Shown: positions 39,768-49,858 of the stretch, in pieces
Numbering within the stretch: the stretch's first letter is position 1
Layout: each line of letters opens with the position of its first letter
DNA from: Escherichia phage vB_EcoM_G50
Sequence record: NC_054917.1
Length of the DNA: 64,000 nt
Strand: one strand, 5' to 3'
Notes under the pieces: generated by a model
Databases searched by the model: none
Told to the model about the DNA's origin: nothing
Seen by the model: only the letters and a program-made list of their open reading frames with translations
Position numbers and translations under genes: made by a program

Positions 39768-39936
39768 GGAGTTTAATTTCCTTAGCAACTGAACTAAATA
39801 CAGCACGATCGCAAATCATCTGTTTATTCCATTTAAGTACAGTATAATGAACATCTAGATCATCTACTGCTGTAACAATAACAATATGTCCGTTAACACG
39901 ATAATACTGATCCTTTTTAATCTCTTTATCAACCAT
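39760..39936 (-). CDS. hypothetical small protein, 58 aa
   Basis: Hand-translated MVDKEIKKDQYYRVNGHIVIV...; SD GAGGA. Confidence 0.4.
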   Translation of the reverse strand: MVDKEIKKDQYYRVNGHIVIVTAVDDLDVHYTVLKWNKQMICDRAVFSSVAKEIKLHG

Positions 39937-40077
39937 ATCAAATCCTCAAAGGTAATTCATATGTTAATAATACCACGGTTTGAACTTGTTGTAAACAACT
40001 TTGTGAAAATTATTTTAGGGAATGATAAGAAGGGAACGATAGCTTAGAATGGTAATATACAGAATGTAAGAAAGAAA

Positions 40078-40090
40078 GGCCCAGAGGGCC
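40078..40090 (-). terminator. short GC hairpin after nrdH
   Basis: GGCCC-AGA-GGGCC directly after stop codon. Confidence 0.4.
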
Positions 40091-40094
40091 CGTC

Positions 40095-40403
40095 TTAATC
40101 TTCTATGATATCTCTATCATATCCAAGTGAAATGAGAGTTTCTTTGAAGTGTTTAATGTTCTTTTGTCTAGAATCATTAATGAAAATGACTGGATAACGA
40201 ATGTTAAGAGATGTGAATCCAGCGCGTTTGGCAAGAGATACAATCAGTGGACGATCATACTCAATCTTACCATTATTTGTAAGAACTTTATAGAAAGTAA
40301 AAGGAGCATTGAGCTCCTTTAGAAGTTTTGTAACTGATTGACATCCAGGACAACGACCTACTTCATCTGGAATTCCATAGACTTCAATCTTATTTTGTTT
40401 CAC
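40095..40403 (-). CDS. nrdH: glutaredoxin-like NrdH
   Basis: 102 aa with CPGC redox motif, upstream of nrdG/nrdD. Confidence 0.7.
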   Translation of the reverse strand: MKQNKIEVYGIPDEVGRCPGCQSVTKLLKELNAPFTFYKVLTNNGKIEYDRPLIVSLAKRAGFTSLNIRYPVIFINDSRQKNIKHFKETLISLGYDRDIIED

Positions 40404-40405
40404 AA

Positions 40406-40642
40406 CTATTCCTTACTAAGAGCAGCATTCAGCTTGTTAGTAATTTTATCCAGACGCTCATTGAACTCACTAGAAGATAAGCCCTTTTCTGGAGAAATTA
40501 AACTAATCACGAAAAATACAACAATAAAAGGAATAAGGAAAATAGCTCCAACTGCCATAAACAGAAAGAATGTTACAGTTGTAAGAAAATCAGCTAAACC
40601 TTTACGAAATTTATACATATTTACCCTTAATTGATTAACCAA
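40406..40642 (-). CDS. small membrane protein
   Basis: 78 aa with one long hydrophobic segment. Confidence 0.45.
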   Translation of the reverse strand: MVNQLRVNMYKFRKGLADFLTTVTFFLFMAVGAIFLIPFIVVFFVISLISPEKGLSSSEFNERLDKITNKLNAALSKE

Positions 40643-40732
40643 GCATTGATAAGCACTAAACTATACTGCGAATAAAATTCTGGACCAAAATGAAAAATCA
40701 TATCATTTATAGTATCCATAATATAATTCAAT

Positions 40733-41203
40733 TTAATCATGTTTCCACACCCCATCGGTATTTGACCAAAGTCGCTGATTATCTGATCCTCGCCACAGCT
40801 TTTTGGTCGGAAGATTTTTCTCATACTTCCCATCAATAATAACATCAACATATTTAAGCATTTCTAGTTGTTTAATATCTTCAAATTTATATCCTGTCCA
40901 CAACCAAATGCTTTTATTGGGATAAAGATTTTTTACTGTTTGAACAATGCAATGAACAACATCTCGGTTATCAGGATAGAGAGGGTCTCCTCCAGTTATA
41001 GTTAATCCTTCTATATAATCATTATTCAAACATTCAATTAATTGTTCTAGTGTTTCACCAGTGAATGGAACGCCATTTCTAGCGTTCCATGTTGATTTAT
41101 TATAACACCCTTCACATTTATGCAAACAACCTGTAACGAAAAGAACGACCCTGCATCCAGGGCCATTCACAAAATCGCAAGGATAAAATCTATCATAATT
41201 CAT
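40733..41203 (-). CDS. nrdG: anaerobic ribonucleotide reductase activase NrdG (radical SAM)
   Basis: 156 aa with CxxxCxxC (CLHKCEGC); ATGA overlap with nrdD. Confidence 0.9.
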   Translation of the reverse strand: MNYDRFYPCDFVNGPGCRVVLFVTGCLHKCEGCYNKSTWNARNGVPFTGETLEQLIECLNNDYIEGLTITGGDPLYPDNRDVVHCIVQTVKNLYPNKSIWLWTGYKFEDIKQLEMLKYVDVIIDGKYEKNLPTKKLWRGSDNQRLWSNTDGVWKHD

Positions 41204-43017
41204 TGGTGTTTAACCCTATGCATGATTTCTTTATTTTTGCCGAGATTAAATCCACGTTCGTTCGGATTTCCCAAATAACCACAAGTTCTTCTTATTGTGT
41301 TCATCTTTTTAGGATCAGTTTCTCCACAAATAGAACAAACAAACCCGTTTTCAGTAGGAGTCATTTCATGGGTACTTCCACACGTAAAACATTTATCTAC
41401 TGGCATGTTAACACCAAAATAATCTAAATGTTGTGCAGCATAATCCCATACAGCCTCAAGACCTTTTAGGTTATTTTTCATATCAGGAAGTTCAACATAA
41501 GAAATGTGACCGCCTGTCGCAATGAAATGATATGGGGCTTCGCGAGAAATCTTTTCAAACGGAGTAATATTTTCTTCTACTGAAACGTGGAAACTGTTAG
41601 TGTACCAGCCTTTATCAGTAACATCCTTTACACTTCCATATTTCTCAGTATCAAGTTTACAGAAGCGATAACAAAGGTTTTCAGCAGGTGTAGAATACAA
41701 GCTAAAAGCAAAACCAGTTCTTTCAGTCCACTGCTTAAGACGAGCATTCATTTTAGTTAAAATTTCCTGTCCAATATCACGACCGACAAGAATATTCAAT
41801 TCGTGAATACCAATATATCCTAAGGACACTGAACTTCTACCGTTTTTAAATAACTCAATTATATCATCATCGGGTTTAAGACGAACCCCGAATGCACCTT
41901 CTTGGTAAAGAATAGGAGCAACAGTAGCTTTAACTCCTTTTAATGAACTAATTCTACACATCAATGCTTCAAAACACAAATCCATTCGTTCATTGAACAA
42001 TTCGGCAAATTTCTGTTCATTGAACTGTGTTCCAATATAAGAATCTAATGCAATACGAGGAAGATTCAGTGTTACAACGCCAAGATTATTACGTCCATCA
42101 AGAATTTCATTACCAGTCGAATCTTTCCATACGCTCAAGAAACTACGACAACCCATTGGAGAAACAGGAATAGATGAACCTGTGATAGCTTTATTATTCT
42201 TAGCTGAAATAATATCAGGATACATTCTTTTACTTGCACACTCTAGAGCAAGCTGCTTAATATCATAGTTCGGATCGTCTTTATAAAGATTGACACCCTC
42301 TTCAACGAACATAACAAGCTTAGGAAAAATAGGAGTTATCCCATCACGACCAAGGCCTTTAATACGATTTTTCAGAATTGCTTTCTGAATCATTCGTTCA
42401 GTCCAGTCAGTTCCCGTGCCAAATGTAATTGTTACAAAAGGCGTTTGTCCGTTTGAACTAAAGAGAGTATTTACTTCATATTCATAAGCTTGGAATGCAT
42501 CGTATACGTCTTTTTCTGTTTTAGATTGGGCATAATTCAATGCATCTGCGATTTGCCATTTTTCCGCGTCCTCAATATGTTTTGCATAGGTGCGTTTAAC
42601 ATAAGGAGAAAGTACTTTATCTACATTCGCAAAAGTTGTTCCGCCATATTGATGAGAAGCAACCTGCGCAGTAATTTGTGCCATAATTGCAGTAGCAACG
42701 CCAATTGATTTAGGAGTTTCAATCTGTGCATTACCGAGCTTAAATCCGTTCTCAAGCATTCCTTTTAAATCTACTAAACAACAATTAGTAAATGGAAGAG
42801 CAGGGGAATAATCAATATCGTGGAAATGGATAATTCCGCTTTCATGCGCTTTCATAATAAAAGACGGGACCATATTTTTGGCAATGTGTTTAGACACAAT
42901 ACCAGCCATAAGGTCCCGTTGAGTTGGAAAAACACGAGAATCTTTATTAGCATTCTCGTTCAAAAGGTCTTTATTAGTTTTATGAATTAATCCTTCAATT
43001 TCTTTTTCAATTGTCAT
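41200..43017 (-). CDS. nrdD: anaerobic ribonucleotide reductase NrdD, uninterrupted
   Basis: 605-aa continuous ORF with C-terminal zinc-ribbon and glycyl-radical region; no intron. Confidence 0.92.
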   Translation of the reverse strand: MTIEKEIEGLIHKTNKDLLNENANKDSRVFPTQRDLMAGIVSKHIAKNMVPSFIMKAHESGIIHFHDIDYSPALPFTNCCLVDLKGMLENGFKLGNAQIETPKSIGVATAIMAQITAQVASHQYGGTTFANVDKVLSPYVKRTYAKHIEDAEKWQIADALNYAQSKTEKDVYDAFQAYEYEVNTLFSSNGQTPFVTITFGTGTDWTERMIQKAILKNRIKGLGRDGITPIFPKLVMFVEEGVNLYKDDPNYDIKQLALECASKRMYPDIISAKNNKAITGSSIPVSPMGCRSFLSVWKDSTGNEILDGRNNLGVVTLNLPRIALDSYIGTQFNEQKFAELFNERMDLCFEALMCRISSLKGVKATVAPILYQEGAFGVRLKPDDDIIELFKNGRSSVSLGYIGIHELNILVGRDIGQEILTKMNARLKQWTERTGFAFSLYSTPAENLCYRFCKLDTEKYGSVKDVTDKGWYTNSFHVSVEENITPFEKISREAPYHFIATGGHISYVELPDMKNNLKGLEAVWDYAAQHLDYFGVNMPVDKCFTCGSTHEMTPTENGFVCSICGETDPKKMNTIRRTCGYLGNPNERGFNLGKNKEIMHRVKHQ

Positions 43018-43487
43018 TTTAAACTCTTTCTAAGCTGCTTCTTAAATGAAGCTATTAATTGTGTTTTAGTGTCAGATTCATTATATTCAAATCCTCTTTG
43101 AAGCATCTCAGCCATCATTTCCTCTTTTCCTAAACGAGAAAATTCCTTTGATTTATCTCCAACGAAGTTAGGGTGAATATTATTTTGGGTGTAATCGGAT
43201 TTTAAATAAGTAAGTAAATTTTCTAACCATTCAAGATAATCAACGCCTTGTCCCTTTAAGCCGGAACGATTAAATTTGTGCTTCATTTGACCTTCCGCTG
43301 CATTGCAGAGATTACAGAGCAATCCACGTACCTTTCCTGCTTTTGGTCCATTTAATTCATGATCATGGTCAAGGTGATTAGCTTGAACATCATGATTTAG
43401 TTCTCGTTGGCAAATTAAGCATTTACCGTTTTGTGCATTATAAAATTTCTGTTTTTCTTCTTTATATAATTTGCCAGTCAATAACAT
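43014..43487 (-). CDS. 49: endonuclease VII (Holliday junction resolvase) gp49
   Basis: 157 aa; matches T4 EndoVII. Confidence 0.9.
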   Translation of the reverse strand: MLLTGKLYKEEKQKFYNAQNGKCLICQRELNHDVQANHLDHDHELNGPKAGKVRGLLCNLCNAAEGQMKHKFNRSGLKGQGVDYLEWLENLLTYLKSDYTQNNIHPNFVGDKSKEFSRLGKEEMMAEMLQRGFEYNESDTKTQLIASFKKQLRKSLK

Positions 43488-43529
43488 AATAAAACCCTTA
43501 CCTTAAATAGATAAGGGTATTTATTATTT

Positions 43530-43706
43530 TCAAGTATTGTAAAACATTCGATGCAATCGCTTATATTGTCGAATCATCTTTTTAGTAGGACGAGAATAAG
43601 TTCCTATACAAGTGGTCATATTAGGGTCAGTAGGACTTCCTTTAATAAAAAGTTTCCAAACCTTACCACCATTTAACTTTTCAGTATAAATTAATTCGGT
43701 TTTCAT
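43530..43706 (-). CDS. hypothetical small protein, 58 aa
   Basis: Hand-translated MKTELIYTEKLNGGKVWKLF... Confidence 0.4.
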   Translation of the reverse strand: MKTELIYTEKLNGGKVWKLFIKGSPTDPNMTTCIGTYSRPTKKMIRQYKRLHRMFYNT

Positions 43707-44170
43707 TAAAACGCTCGGTCAGAAAAAGAAATTTGAGTTTCAAGCCATTCAATATATTCTGCCGCGGCTTGCATTAAATTTCCTTCGTAATCATCAATAT
43801 CTTTTTTCAACGCCGATTTAGATAATGCATATGAAATGCGTTCACCCTGAAATCCAGCTTTAGGTTTATGAATAACTTGATCAATTCGTTCTACGACTTC
43901 TTCAATTTCGCCATTTTCTGCGGATTCAGTATTCCACAAGCACCAATATGTAATTGGCTTATCATAGATGTTAATAATCTTTCCATCAGAAAGTTCAATT
44001 TCAATAATTCCAGTATCAGGTTCTATATCATCTTCGCATTCTTTTGCAAGTTCACGAACTTTAAAGACAGTACCTGCACTAAGTTCCGGCCAGTAATTAC
44101 ACAGCCCTTTATCAGCACGATTAATTCTAAACCACTTATCTACTGCAATCATACCCCATCTCCATATCAA
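43706..44170 (-). CDS. hypothetical protein
   Basis: 154-aa ORF. Confidence 0.45.
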   Translation of the reverse strand: MIWRWGMIAVDKWFRINRADKGLCNYWPELSAGTVFKVRELAKECEDDIEPDTGIIEIELSDGKIINIYDKPITYWCLWNTESAENGEIEEVVERIDQVIHKPKAGFQGERISYALSKSALKKDIDDYEGNLMQAAAEYIEWLETQISFSDRAF

Positions 44171-44275
44171 TTAAGTCATTTATCGTCGGTTCATTATATA
44201 CTGTTTCTTCATCAGTGTAAACCGGTTCTTCCGGCTCTGGCTCTACTGTTTCCCATCTAGCCGCCCACCAAGGTT

Positions 44276-44596
44276 TTATAGCGTAATCCATTCTCGTACT
44301 GTCTGAGTTACTACACGTTCACGGGGCTCGACTAGTTCAACAGTCGGAACTGCATAATACCAGTCAGAATGGTAAGAACCTGAGCGAGATTCATTTACAG
44401 ACACATGAACGTTATGTTTTGGACTAAAATAAACACACTGACGATATTGGCATTTACCATCTTGCACCCAGTCTTCTATTTCGATAGGTTTAAGATAATC
44501 CGAAAAATCGAAATCATAATTTTCTGAAAATGCATCATGGTCTTCGATGATTTCGCTCAGAACTGCATCAACATCTAATTTATTTTCAATATTCAT
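44276..44596 (-). CDS. hypothetical protein
   Basis: 106-aa ORF. Confidence 0.4.
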   Translation of the reverse strand: MNIENKLDVDAVLSEIIEDHDAFSENYDFDFSDYLKPIEIEDWVQDGKCQYRQCVYFSPKHNVHVSVNESRSGSYHSDWYYAVPTVELVEPRERVVTQTVREWITL

Positions 44597-44606
44597 TTTT
44601 CACCAA

Positions 44607-44816
44607 TTAATTTCGCAATTTATTAAGTTCTTCATAATCAATCCAGGATTCTAGTCCTGATGGCAAATCAGATTCAATTTCCCAAAGAAGCTCTTCAATT
44701 TTCTGAAGACGATCTAATTCTTCGGCTGGAATAGTAACCATTGACGGAGTTCTTGATACACTAATATCGTAAATCATATTTACCCCAGTTTGACCATGCA
44801 ATCGCCATATTTCCAT
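44607..44816 (-). CDS. hypothetical small protein
   Basis: 69-aa ORF. Confidence 0.4.
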   Translation of the reverse strand: MEIWRLHGQTGVNMIYDISVSRTPSMVTIPAEELDRLQKIEELLWEIESDLPSGLESWIDYEELNKLRN

Positions 44817-44995
44817 TTAGAAATAGACTTTTCACCGTTAGAATAATAAACTTCGAGTTTAGCACGATTATTTTTAATTTGAATAACCTTTGCTGTCATC
44901 AAAGTTCCATACCCGTAATAAACTGCAACCTCATCACCTACATATACCGCGCTTCCGCGGTAGTCATGGATATAATCAGTTCCTTCGAGCATCAT
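44780..44995 (-). CDS. hypothetical small protein
   Basis: 71-aa ORF. Confidence 0.4.
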   Translation of the reverse strand: MMLEGTDYIHDYRGSAVYVGDEVAVYYGYGTLMTAKVIQIKNNRAKLEVYYSNGEKSISKWKYGDCMVKLG

Positions 44996-45255
44996 TTAAA
45001 GTATTCCCGCAATTGGTCAAATCCACCAATATGACTTCCATCAGGAGCAAATACTTGTGGCATTGTCAAACCAATTTGAGTATCACGACCTAGTTTCGTC
45101 AGAAGCTCAGCGATTTTCTCATCATCAAAAACACCTTTTTCCGGCATAATGTTGATAAATTCAAATGGCTGTTTCTTCACAGTCAAGAGACGTTTTGCAT
45201 TATCGCAATACACACATTTATGGATGTTGCTATCATAACCATATACTTTAAACAT
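44992..45255 (-). CDS. nrdC: thioredoxin/glutaredoxin NrdC
   Basis: 87 aa with CVYC active site; matches T4 thioredoxin. Confidence 0.85.
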   Translation of the reverse strand: MFKVYGYDSNIHKCVYCDNAKRLLTVKKQPFEFINIMPEKGVFDDEKIAELLTKLGRDTQIGLTMPQVFAPDGSHIGGFDQLREYFK

Positions 45256-45256
45256 A

Positions 45257-45499
45257 TTATTCCTTAATTCCTAGTACTTGTTTAAAAGTCTCGTCGTAAT
45301 CAAGACTTTGACCTGTTTGTTCTTTATGTTTGTATATAATATCACTTACTTCTGATAGCATATTTTTATATGAACGAGTTAAAGCAGATTTAAGCACGCT
45401 ATATCTATCAGGAAATTTACCATGTTCATTATAATACGCTATTGCTAATTCACGGACTGCCTTTTCAGCAGTCTCCATATATTCTTTACGCTTTGTCAT
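45257..45499 (-). CDS. hypothetical small protein
   Basis: Start at internal ATG after upstream stop. Confidence 0.4.
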
Positions 45500-45500
45500 T

Positions 45501-45890
45501 TTAATCCAAAATATTATTAGGCATTGGTTGAACACTCGCAAGTTCTTTAAAGAACTCAGTAGAGTCAGGTAATTTAACCATTTCCGGAGCATGCTTACTA
45601 AATTTATGTTTGCAATGACGGCATTTATATTCAAGTTCCGGTTTACGCCAGTTAATCAATTGAACTTGTTCAGTACCGCATTCAGGACAATTAGGAACGT
45701 TTTTAGAAGCCCTTTCGCGACGTTCAACCATAACCATAATAGCATCCCAGGCTGGAGGTTTAAAATCTAAATCATCACAACCATGAATCTTTCCGCGCAT
45801 TTCCAGATCGTCTTCTTCACCAGCCATAATAATTTTAATTAGACTGGAATTACTTGAAGCTGCAATATCTTCTAATAGACGCTTTTTCAT
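45501..45890 (-). CDS. zinc-ribbon protein
   Basis: 129 aa with CPECG...CRHCKH. Confidence 0.45.
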
Positions 45891-46816
45891 TTCAATACCT
45901 CAATAGCATTACGTAAACCATTTGCTTTTGCATTAAGAGCTTTTAACAATTTAGTGTGTTCGGCAATCTGAGCTTCAACTTCAACTAGTCGAGATTTGAG
46001 GTATTCACGTTCTTCGCTCAAGTTATCAATCTTTTCTACTTTAGGCTCTTTTACAACTGTCTTATATGTATTAGGGTTCTTCAGTTTAATTAAAATGCGT
46101 GAACTGTATAACATTGAACCATTATCTTCGGTTTCGTCATACATTTCTACTACGTCCATGATTTTTAACATCATGCGGAGTTTATAAGATAACGAACGAA
46201 TAGTTTTGTTGTGCTTATTAATTTCTCTAGAGTTCATGGTGCCGAGATTACGTGAGTAATAATAAGGAACCTGGATATTAATTAATACTGATGAACCACC
46301 TGGCTTGTGTGTTACTTCATCAGCAATAACCCAATCCTTAACATGAACTGTATTTGTACGGTCATCGCCCGCGGTAAATAGTTTGCGAGCATGCTTAAAA
46401 AGCATATTCACTTGGTCATTGAATTGACAAGCAAATTTATCAGCAAATTTAGTTTCAGGAATGGTAGATAACCAATCAGCCAAATGGGTCTTTTTAACAT
46501 CGTTAACAATAGTAAATTCAACCAAATCAGTTATAGATGTCTCAGATTTAATAAAGCTCGGCTTCATAAAGTTTTTAATGTTATCGCGAGCTACAGTAGA
46601 AGATAACATACGAGAACGTTTAAACCATTGAAGCAAATTGCCCAACGAATGAGAATAAGCGTTTTGAGTATCTTTACAGATATGATTTTCCTGGCCAACA
46701 TATTGAAGGAAATCACGAAGAATATTATTGATTACTGCTCTGTGTCCGATCTGATAATTACGGTGTTTAGTAATAAGACTGTCAAAATAATCAATATAAT
46801 GTTTACGAGTTTTCAT
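45887..46816 (-). CDS. paralog family member 1 with C-terminal coiled coil
   Basis: 309 aa; conserved mid-region and C-terminal heptad tail shared with the next three ORFs. Confidence 0.5.
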   Translation of the reverse strand: MKTRKHYIDYFDSLITKHRNYQIGHRAVINNILRDFLQYVGQENHICKDTQNAYSHSLGNLLQWFKRSRMLSSTVARDNIKNFMKPSFIKSETSITDLVEFTIVNDVKKTHLADWLSTIPETKFADKFACQFNDQVNMLFKHARKLFTAGDDRTNTVHVKDWVIADEVTHKPGGSSVLINIQVPYYYSRNLGTMNSREINKHNKTIRSLSYKLRMMLKIMDVVEMYDETEDNGSMLYSSRILIKLKNPNTYKTVVKEPKVEKIDNLSEEREYLKSRLVEVEAQIAEHTKLLKALNAKANGLRNAIEVLK

Positions 46817-46868
46817 GTTCTTCTCACTTGGTTAATGATTTATACTCCGAGCCATCCTTGGCTTTAAA

Positions 46869-47870
46869 TTACTTAATTAACTGTAAAGCTTGTTCCAAAC
46901 GATCAAGGCGATTAACAGATTCTTCCCAAATCCTTTTAGCCTTCTCATATTCTTTCTGCGCTTTATTAGAAATTTCTAGAACTTCTTTATAAGCTTTTTC
47001 TAGTGCAATAACTTCTGGACGAATTTCTATCGGTTCAGGCGAATCGTCAAGACATTCCATTAGTTCTTCAAGGGTAGTTTCTTCTTTAGGAGTATTCACA
47101 ATTTCATCACATTTTTGTTGGTAAATTTCTTTATCAGTCGGTGAGTACGTACGTTTCACTTCACGAAGGCTAATTATAATTTTATATCCTTCCCAACCAC
47201 ACATATTTTTGAAAGGATATGTATGAATACTTTTTACAGTTTCCATACAGCCCAAAACCGCCTCTAATTGATAAGTTATAGTGCTAGCAATTGAGAAAAA
47301 TTTATTAATATTCTTTTGGTTAGCGTTTGGTGTAAAAAATCCATAATTCACAAAAATAGCTACTTTATTTTCATCAAGCTCATATTCTTTTACGATAATC
47401 ATATCAGAAGCCAAAGGATGAATTTGACGATAATCGCCATAACATAATTTAGAAGCTGATTTTAGAATTTGTCCTTTGAAAAGTCTGAAATTACTAATCC
47501 AACGACGAGTAAAAATATTCTCAGGATCTTCTTTATTATTAAGATGATAAGAATTAACATCACCGAACCAATTATATCCTACTACATCTTTAGTTCGTTT
47601 AATTTCTTTCCCAAATTTACTAAGAATATCTCTGTTGACTAAGTATGAAAGAAGACGAGACCCTTTAAAGGTTTTCTTAATGTCATCTTTATCTGTACGA
47701 CTAGAAATTTCACGAACTTCATGAATAAATTTGCCGGAAGAAACAATACTTGCATCAGTATTATTGAGCCATTGATTGATAATAGAAATCACACTATTCT
47801 GACTAGACATAGGTTTAACTTTATCATCAATAACGCTGTTGAACGATTTAATATATTCGTTGCGAGTCAT
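46869..47870 (-). CDS. paralog family member 2 with C-terminal coiled coil
   Basis: Start at MTRNEY with GAGGAG SD; family tail ...LEQALQLIK. Confidence 0.5.
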   Translation of the reverse strand: MTRNEYIKSFNSVIDDKVKPMSSQNSVISIINQWLNNTDASIVSSGKFIHEVREISSRTDKDDIKKTFKGSRLLSYLVNRDILSKFGKEIKRTKDVVGYNWFGDVNSYHLNNKEDPENIFTRRWISNFRLFKGQILKSASKLCYGDYRQIHPLASDMIIVKEYELDENKVAIFVNYGFFTPNANQKNINKFFSIASTITYQLEAVLGCMETVKSIHTYPFKNMCGWEGYKIIISLREVKRTYSPTDKEIYQQKCDEIVNTPKEETTLEELMECLDDSPEPIEIRPEVIALEKAYKEVLEISNKAQKEYEKAKRIWEESVNRLDRLEQALQLIK

Positions 47871-47898
47871 ATTAATCTCCTCAGTAGAAAGTAAGAAC

Positions 47899-47928
47899 AT
47901 TATACCACATCCTTGTGGCGAAGTAAAC
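47899..47928 (-). promoter_or_regulatory. T4-type early promoter
   Basis: GTTTAC-TTCGCCACAAGGATGTGG-TATAAT; -10-proximal sequence shared with 2418-2447. Confidence 0.55.
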
Positions 47929-48947
47929 TAGTTTAGTGCATTTAGTGCGTTGTTCAATTTAGAACGTTGCTTCGTGAGATTTTTTACTTTTTCTTGAGCT
48001 TTTTCTAGCATCTTTTCAGCTTCTAACACTTCATTAGTTGCTTTAACGAGTTCATCATCTACTGCCTTGATAGACTTTTCAATCGCATCCGCGTGCCATT
48101 TTTCAACAGGTTTAAGACTCGGATTTTCAACAGGAAGAAAATTCACTTTATTGAATTTCCATGCATCATTATTACCTGAACTATACATCCAAAATTTAGG
48201 ATCGTTTGATGAGTAATTAGATAAATTTAAGTTATCTTGCACTTCCTGCTTTTTCTCTTGCGGGACTTCATCTTTTCTCAAAAATTCATATTTAAATGAA
48301 ACGATCATATCAAGTTCATATGATGTTGTATCTAACTTAAATCGTTCAAAACGAGGTAAAATCTTAGATTGAACAGCAGCAACAACATCCATATACTTAA
48401 ATGCTTCTGTCAACTGCGATTTAAGGCATTCGCAAATTGAAAGAGAATTTTTTGTATTAGGTTTAAAGCTAATTCGTGCAGTTCTATTATTTTCTTTTAA
48501 TGGTCTTACTTCCATCTGAAGAGTATAACCATCAAATTTCAGGTTCTTTAAGTTAATATCAGAACCTTTTAATCGACTCGCAGTTGATAAAATTTGCTTT
48601 AATTGTCTACGGAATAGAGCAATAAATCTCCATTCAATACGATAATGATTTGGATTGAAAAATCCAGATGATAAATCGACCTTACTTTGACCAACGCCTT
48701 GAACAAATAGAGGATTTTTATAATCAATAGTTTTACAGAAATCGGTGAGCTGCTCACGAGCAGTCATTTGTGTAATATACCCCGCTTTACTAAAATGACG
48801 TAACCATTCACTGCTATTCATATATTTAAAGTGAATATCACGATTAACTTTATCAGGGTCTAAATTATTTTGGCACAAAAATGTCATAACATCACGAGTA
48901 TAGCTGGCATTACGAATCATATCTTCAATTTGAGAACGAGTTTTCAT
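47928..48947 (-). CDS. paralog family member 3 with C-terminal coiled coil
   Basis: 339-aa ORF. Confidence 0.5.
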   Translation of the reverse strand: MKTRSQIEDMIRNASYTRDVMTFLCQNNLDPDKVNRDIHFKYMNSSEWLRHFSKAGYITQMTAREQLTDFCKTIDYKNPLFVQGVGQSKVDLSSGFFNPNHYRIEWRFIALFRRQLKQILSTASRLKGSDINLKNLKFDGYTLQMEVRPLKENNRTARISFKPNTKNSLSICECLKSQLTEAFKYMDVVAAVQSKILPRFERFKLDTTSYELDMIVSFKYEFLRKDEVPQEKKQEVQDNLNLSNYSSNDPKFWMYSSGNNDAWKFNKVNFLPVENPSLKPVEKWHADAIEKSIKAVDDELVKATNEVLEAEKMLEKAQEKVKNLTKQRSKLNNALNALN

Positions 48948-48955
48948 GGTGTTCC

Positions 48956-49858
48956 TTAAGATTTAAGTAAATCAACAATTTTAATTAACTTTTCACGCTC
49001 AGATTTAGCTTTACTACTCAATCCAGATAGTCTAAAAATTTCATCATCATATTGTTGAATAGAAATATTCAGCTCTTCAATCTGTTTATTAAAATAATCA
49101 ATTTGTTCAGAATGTTTTTCGTTACTACGAACTGGTACAGGTTTTGTAGGCAATTTAGTTGAACTGGATTCATCCGGGCGATAAATTAAAATACAACTTG
49201 AACCAATAGGGCATTTTGCACCAGATGAATATTCTAATGTTCCAGCTTCTTTTAAAACTTCAAAAGCTAAACAGAGATGATGCCCCATATTAACATAATC
49301 TGTAGAGTGAGCTCTGATGTAATAATCATCGCCGCGAATACTAAATTTAAAGCATTTAAGGTCTTCTGTATTATTGGTCTTAAAAATCATTTGTTTATCT
49401 AGACCTTTAGCTAATCGAGCGCCTAATGCTAATAATCGTCGTTGATTTTCCCACAAATCCGCAATCATTTGATCGAATGATAATTTTGGCATTAGTCGAC
49501 CATAAAGGTCATATCCTTTATTATAATTACGAAGGATTTCACTCGCATTAATACGAGACAACGCTCCAATTTTATTAAGGGCTTTCATGATGCGATTAGA
49601 TAAACCCATTCCAGACCCGTTTGTTCGTTGTAAATGTTTATCTAATCCAAACCCAATATCAACTTTAAATTTATCTAAAATTTCAGCATGAACATCTCTG
49701 TCAATAACATTCAAATCCAAAGTTGGGTTAAATCTATGAAAAAATTTATCTGGCTCTCCACGACGAAGTACAGTCCATTCATTCAATTTTTTATTAACTA
49801 AAGATTTAATTACTGCATTGACATTATTAATTACTACTGACATATTTTCCTCACTCAA
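48956..49858 (-). CDS. paralog family member 4 with C-terminal coiled coil
   Basis: 300-aa ORF. Confidence 0.5.
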   Translation of the reverse strand: MSEENMSVVINNVNAVIKSLVNKKLNEWTVLRRGEPDKFFHRFNPTLDLNVIDRDVHAEILDKFKVDIGFGLDKHLQRTNGSGMGLSNRIMKALNKIGALSRINASEILRNYNKGYDLYGRLMPKLSFDQMIADLWENQRRLLALGARLAKGLDKQMIFKTNNTEDLKCFKFSIRGDDYYIRAHSTDYVNMGHHLCLAFEVLKEAGTLEYSSGAKCPIGSSCILIYRPDESSSTKLPTKPVPVRSNEKHSEQIDYFNKQIEELNISIQQYDDEIFRLSGLSSKAKSEREKLIKIVDLLKS

